Shown one piece after another: positions 57,698 to 64,000 of a stretch of DNA of 64,000 nucleotides. Made by a program: the position numbers and the translations under genes. The stretch covers positions 9,916,587 to 9,980,586 of the forward strand of contig CM120648.1 of NCBI GenBank assembly GCA_051362555.1, given 5' to 3'. The number at the start of each line of letters is the position of its first letter. Within the stretch, counting starts at the first letter, position 1. The notes beneath the pieces are model-generated. The model was not told where the DNA came from. It saw only the letters and a program-made list of their open reading frames with translations, and searched no databases. Origin of the DNA: Lingula anatina. Its lineage: Eukaryota > Animalia > Brachiopoda.

Positions 57698-58427
57698 CTT
57701 CATCATGCTTTTCTGATCAAAATTAAACTTAATCCACGTGTATGTTGGTCGATACTCTGTTGCTAGTCGGGTGTAGTTCAATGTATTCAGTCCATCAATC
57801 AACGGCCCGTAGTGCTTATACAACTTCGATGCAAACTGGTTCATATCGCCTCTATGAGTTATTTGAAAGGATAATCAATATACAACGAAAGGTATGCAGC
57901 ACTGAGCATTTTGCAGACTAAAATAGTGTGTCACTGCATGGTGTTGCTAAAGCATTACGAAGGGGGGGGGGGGGGGGGGGCTCAAGTATTTCACAAAAAA
58001 GTAATGTCAACGGGATTAATCAATCACTTTTCACCTCTTAAAAGGTTTTAAATTATTTTTCTAAATGGAGCCATTCAATCTGTCGCAAAAAGTAGTGTCT
58101 AACCACAAATAAAAACACAGAATTGAAAAAAAAATCGTCATTTAAATTATATAAATAACCCTCCTCTTCCCTGTCCTTTCACAGTATTATAAATAATAAC
58201 TTACTTCTCCTTGTTGTCGTAGCCAGGTGGACGCGTGTGGTTTAAAACCTTGTACATTCCTAATTGTGTGTGGGCATGCTCAATGGGAACTTTTTGAGAG
58301 ACACTCCTAGAATAACAAGATCGCTTTTTTTAAAGATGATTTGCAACGGGCTAAAATGTCACCGACTTCAGCTGCGTCTCTATTGATGTGACCTGTCTGG
58401 GATCTGCAAAACAACACGGTGACTGAA

Positions 58428-58463
<36 letters not shown>

Positions 58464-59589
58464 ACATAGATGCGTTTAGTTTCTCACGATTGCCGTTTAG
58501 AATGACGTTTTCTTACGCATCATTTAAAGGTATGGCAACAACTGTTTGAAGTTCTGAGCAGACGAAACCATTGCTGAGGGCAATGAAGTAACTTTTTCAG
58601 TTGCAGCATTTTGCAATCAGCTATACATCTATTCACACTATGCGATCATATTAAGCAGTCAAGATATCGGTCTATTGGCTCGTGAAAAGAAGGGACTTGG
58701 TCCTTGGACCTTCAAACTTTCCGCCATTGACCGCAGTGACAGTTAAAGGTCAACGTCGTAAGCAAGTTAACAGAAACACACATATGACATCGGTGATGCT
58801 TTTTCGAGGAGAACGAAAGGTATATGTATCATTCCTGAACTGGATGGTTGACTTCCATTAAGGGCGACCGTACGGCCAATTTTTCCGCGTAAATCGCCGG
58901 TCTAAGGATGCGTCGAAAGGCTCGCTAAATCGGTGCATAAGTATTCAAGATGTGCATAAGGCACCTGTGTTGCCCCATGGAGACTGATCCAATATACCTG
59001 GCTTGTTTATATCAGCAACCCGCCTTGAGGTTGAGGAGCATCACTTTGATCAATCATAAAGCGATTCTGGCATAAAATCAATAAAGATGCCCATTTAAGT
59101 TAGATATTCAACTGACCTTTGAAAAAAATCGTCGTCCTCCCCGCCCCATCTTATGTAATTATTAGGAAACCCGTTTAGCTTCTTGAATGTATCAGGGGCG
59201 GTCCCAATAACTCCTCCAATGTAGTTTGGGTACATCAGGCTAAAACACAGCATTTAAGCGATACAAATGATTATGCATGTGCTCATGTATGGCTATCATT
59301 TACACGTTCTATAGCTAGGCCTGCCCTCAGCTCTGTGACCAAATAAAAGATTTCGATCACAAAGAGAGAATATAAAAACAAATAGATTACTAGACGGCAA
59401 AGCTCACAAATGCACATATTGACGTTATTACTAATAAGTATTACAACAACACCGTGCTTCTTTTCAATGTCATCATGGCATCATCATGTCATCAGTAAAA
59501 GCAATAATTGCATAAAAATAGCGATCGGTATGACAATATCGAAGTCGAAATGTACTTCATGATTTATATGGAGAAGATTGGTCAGATTA

Positions 59590-59642
<53 letters not shown>

Positions 59643-61335
59643 AAAGTTAACTTGTGTAATTAATAATTGACACAGACTCGTACTGATTCCTGTCCTCAGC
59701 GGAGGCCAAATGAAGAACTCTGTCAGGCGGACATCTGTAGAGCAGTGAATTGTTCATGGGGATTTTATCCACGTCGTGAAATATGTAGCAGGTGAAATTA
59801 AACGTGGCACTGGCCTCAACGAATCCTACATTTCTGGTATACCCTAGGTTATAGGGCTCTGGAAGCGCCTGTAGAAATATAAAAGTGCCGAGGATGAATA
59901 AAAAATTATTTTCTATGTAAAAATTATACTACTGCTGCTACTACTACTACTACACTTTATGAGGCAACCGAAGTTCTTTACTGACAGAGAGCGAGAGAGA
60001 AAGAAAGAGAGAGAAGTAGGAAATAATGGACATTAAACAATCGACCTGTTCAACGACAAATATCTGGTAGTGACACTTCTGGCTTTGTAGAAAAGGGTGC
60101 AGATTTTGGAGGAGAATATCTAGATGTTCTTGTCTGTCACGGTAAGGAATGATGATGGCCACGTGGTCCCTAGGCTTGCATGACTTAGGTGCCCATAGGC
60201 CTCCGGTGGCGACCTCTTTAAACAGCTCCGTTCTATTTGGCGTTGGCAAAAGTGTCAGTTGAACATCAAATGCACTTTCTAAAATTGAAAAAGTTCTTGT
60301 ATGTCTTTAGTCAGTATGTATTAAACGGAATATGCAAAAAGTCACTAGAAATTGATATTTTACTCAATCCGTTTTGACGACACGTTGATTAACCCTACCC
60401 TCTACCAGGACCGCAGTTATTATTGTGGACATTTTCTGCTGAGGCGACATCAGACCAAAATGACTGTCTATTTATCTAGAGACATATCTGCCAAAAAATC
60501 AATCTGTCGCCCTGGTAGAGGGTATATTAACCCTATCCGTATGTTGTTTGAGACGCCTCCAATTACCCTGAGTGTCAGGACCACTGGGAAGCTAGATTGT
60601 TAACTAATGAAACGTTTTGACGCGAGAGCTTCACAGTGGTATTGCTGATATGGGTTACTTATATATGAAATCAAGATCGAGCTGGCAATACCGGAATCTA
60701 GAACCCAAAGTACCTCCAATATGCTTCTGCATTAGTATCTGCCAATTGAATATCCACTGAGAGGTTTATCACACAGTGCACGCTGTACTTGCTTTCCTTT
60801 ATAAGTACAAAGAACCAAGTACATATACCGCGTAGTTACAAAGAAAAATATCCCAAGAGCGCCTCTGTATATAGGGCCCTAACCTGTTCGTGTTTCTTGT
60901 CCTTACCTAAATTTTCCTGGGTTACTTGGCACATGTCCAAAGATTTGGCAACCGTTTCTTCACTCCCCTTTGCAAAGACATTGTTCACATATCTGTAATG
61001 AATTTAGACGTTTTTTCATCAGTTAAGAGGGGTTAGTTTTAGAGTCTTAATTTAAAGCTTGAAAAATCGTTGGTCGTTGCCAGAACATTTTTTGAAGAAA
61101 AAACACTTGTCTTGTATTTGAACGTCATCAAAAGTAAAATGAAGATTGAAAACATTATCGAATTGATTACCACCCTAATTAACGGCATTTATAGTCCGTT
61201 CAAAAATATTTCAAAATCTTTTATTTTGAATCACGCACACATGTACCTGACATACCTTAATATCGCCCGGTGGACTGCTACAATCCAAAATAAATTCACA
61301 ACAGTGAAGGCAACGAAGAACAAAACTATTTTCAT
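57698..61335 (-). CDS. GT7 beta-1,4-galactosyltransferase/GalNAc-transferase-like type II membrane protein (3' end uncertain)
   Basis: Exons 61335-61256 (MKIVLFFVAFTVVNLFWIVAVH signal anchor), 60992-60907, 60278-60046, 59868-59678, 59239-59117, 58306-58205, 57851 to ~57698 (or read-through to the stop at 57488). Motifs GGLWAPKSC, VAIIIPYRDR, NVGF, FHDVD, NGFPNNY, WGGEDDD, DGLNTLNY. Confidence 0.85.
60389..60530. mobile_element. Short TTAA-flanked MITE
   Basis: ttaaccctaccctctaccagg...cctggtagagggtatattaa inverted ends. Confidence 0.5.
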
Positions 61336-62372
61336 ATTTGTACAGGGTAGATATTCTGTGAGCACTTCGTCATTCCATTTCACGAATAAGCATAGTCACT
61401 GCATGATAGTCTCAGTGCTTATTAACTCCCAAGTGGATACATCTATAGAGGCTATTGTAAATATCACTCACTGATATTGATTCCGTAGCTAGTGTGCGTA
61501 AACATGGAAGACAGAGAGAAGTGAAGGTCGGCTATCTACAAACATTGTACGGGGAACATAATTGCGGGAGCATAATTGCAGGGTTTTGTATGCGGCACTA
61601 GTGAATAACTAGATGAAGGATGTTATTATGATAAGTATCTATTTTTGTATTAGCGCATTTCATTATACATGCAGATATCTTAATGTACTGTCCAGCTAGG
61701 CGTGTATGTACATGGCTGCACTTAATGTTGCCAGTTAAAACAGGTTGGTTGCTAGGAGAGTACAAGTAGGCGTGGTTTAAGTAACAACACAAAATACCAC
61801 AGCCACTTTTACAATCTGCATTCGCTGCTGTCCTAACTTATCAAATAACACAATAATAAGAAAATTGAAAAGAACACAAACAACATCTAAAGTGCATATG
61901 AGCGAAGTGCATACAGCGAATTGTCTTATAGAATAATTCAACATAACAATTCTATCTATAGTTTGCATACGCGTATCTCGACTGGTTTCAGATGATGACA
62001 CCCCCACCCCCAATAACATGTTTTGCCAATATCTTATCACTTCATTTCTTCCTGTCTTGAAATAGATTTTTATCATTCACTTTTATAGTAACACCTCCGC
62101 ACTGGTCGGTATGCCTGGGATAGCTGCGTCTGATAAGTGAAAATCCTTACCTGTTGATATTGCAAAACAATTAGTATGCAAATCGCCTGAAGTCACTGTG
62201 GTTCACATATCGCTTCCCATTAGATTAAGTGTATGTAAAGTGCCCATTTATACTGTAACGGCGAGTGCCACTTTGTAACGGCGCGGTGTATGATAAAGAG
62301 AGAGAGGAAATAGTTTTCCTAATACAATATTTTATTTCTTCCAAAACTATTGTTACAGTCATAGGTACAGTA

Positions 62373-62559
62373 GCAGGGGCGGATCCAGAGATATTTTCTG
62401 ACAGTCTTCCAAATCATCTTTTTTCATTAATCCTCCATTTTTGACCGTCTTCCAACAGAAAAATAAGATACCAATCAAAAATAAATTAAATTGTAATTTG
62501 TAAAATTGAAAATCTGACTGTCTACCAGAAGACCCAGAAGACGGCCTCAATCCGCCCAT
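62373..62559. mobile_element. MITE family B, copy 2
   Basis: caggggcggatccagagatattttctgacagtcttcc...gaagacccagaagacggcct, as at 35911. Confidence 0.7.
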
Positions 62560-63149
62560 AAGTAGGGGCACCAACAGGTAATTTAGGTAGAGCAAAGCAC
62601 CTCATTAAAACAGTGCTCACAGTTGTTCCAGTGACGGAGTGTCTGTATTTCAGACTTAAGGTCTTCGGTCCTTGTTTTCCTACATGTGCTTAGGATGAGG
62701 TGATATGTTTGCAATATTATAGATCACATCCAACAACCTCCTATTTAAGGAGATTACAATTCTTGGTATGAGATCTATATTTCTCATTAAAAACATTTTT
62801 AAACAACTCATAAAAATATAATATATTCTGTTTTACCACAAAAACGGCAGTTATAGCTATTATTCTGATATCTGAGCTTGTCATCAGACCACGTGACCTC
62901 CATAGATGGCTATACTCTGTAATAACATAAAACCAAACTTAAAAAAAAAAAAAAAAACGGGGACTAACTTCGAATGTAGAAATGGATTAGTTAACCACTG
63001 GTAAGTATGGGAAAATTGTTGTTTACTCCGGGAAAATTCATTTTTTTTCGCCAAAACGAACAGTTATTATCCCTTTAAATGTACAATCCATTCACTCACT
63101 ACCAGCTGTGCTTTCTCTACAACGCAGAGGTCAAGACTGGAATAATGAT

Positions 63150-63520
63150 CATTATGGAAATACCAGGGTGGTAATGTTTTCATTTCCGTCTGTCTGTCTG
63201 TCTGTCCGTCCGTCTGCCTGACTATCTGTCTTTTTGTTTGTTTGATATTTTGTTTGTTTGTCAGCTCCCTAACCGAAAAAGGTATGGATGCATGGATATA
63301 AATGGTTTTTTTTAGGGTAGCCCAGAAATTGTTAGATTTTGGAGGTGCTCAGATATTAGGATCGTCATCTGGATCCAAGATTTTTTAAAAAGTTCCTTTG
63401 CCATGGTGAAACAGGGCCGATGACCTTGACCTTGTTCTGTGGATGCCTCCACCCTACCACACTTTACCACTTCAGGGTCCTTGGTGTAGGACTGCGTTCT
63501 CAGGGGCCCTTTCTAATTGT
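63150..63520 (+). mobile_element. Probable degenerate HINE-like interspersed element
   Basis: ggtaatgttttc followed by (gtct)n and (tttg)n microsatellites, an internal ggatc...ggatcc, and a 3' ggactgcgttctcag...ttctaatt end. Boundaries are approximate. Confidence 0.4.
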
Positions 63521-64000
63521 GAATAGTATCACTTCATTCTAGTATCATTTAAACGTCTTCTGGCCGTTTATAGTAAACAATACTATTTGCCTTACTGAAC
63601 AGGCGTTGAAAATGGGATTTTTTTTTCGCGGGAAGACCAAAACGTCAATTATAAGTCTAATGTCGTTGTGAGTTTGCGCTCTTAGTGCGAACTTTTCTTT
63701 GCTGTTGTATTTTCCTCAGAAAGGTAAGTGCAGGGTCGCGTGTTTTCCTCTTGATTTCTTTTTTAACCCTGTAAATAAAAGTCAAACTGTAGAATACCTC
63801 ATACCTGACATGCAGCTTGGAAAATACTTTTTATAAGACGGATGGGAGATTAAGAGTTAGTCCTTTACATCAAATCACTGTCAGCACATATAAAAAAGGT
63901 GTCTTGTACTTTTTAAAGTCCACTTACTTAGGAAACATTTCATGAGCACGTTCGTAGTTTATTGCCCAGTAGGTATTATTGACCTCTTTGTCATACTTGG

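Overview
Intron-rich animal genomic DNA, probably a marine lophotrochozoan such as a mollusc (inferred from the PL14 and GH9 content). Six protein-coding genes were reconstructed by hand from GT-AG splice sites, and reading frames close across their exons. Genes 1 and 2 are a tandem pair of very divergent furin/kexin-like proprotein convertases (+, 180-12443 and 15564-26628). Gene 3 is TARDBP/TDP-43 (-, 34775-30184), head-to-head with gene 4, LPCAT3 (+, 35075-43341). Gene 5 is a secreted CBM2-GH9 cellulase fused in frame to a C-terminal PL14 alginate-lyase-like domain (+, 48300-55704). Gene 6 is a divergent GT7 beta-1,4-galactosyltransferase-like gene (-, 61335 to ~57698, 3' end uncertain). 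Introns carry MITEs, a decayed Tc1, a Helentron-type element and microsatellites. The main novelties are four. First, the cellulase/alginate-lyase fusion. Second, both convertases keep the catalytic D/H/N/S but have an L-F propeptide junction instead of K-R, a basic S1 loop, and ESS in place of GTS. Third, one convertase ends in five copies of an unrecognised 8-Cys domain and the other in a GPI-like signal. Fourth, TARDBP carries two candidate autoregulatory arrays: 77-bp repeats that multiply the exon-3 splice donor, and a 3'UTR array of GUGUGAAYAGUG motifs. All calls come from manual reading; no searches were run.
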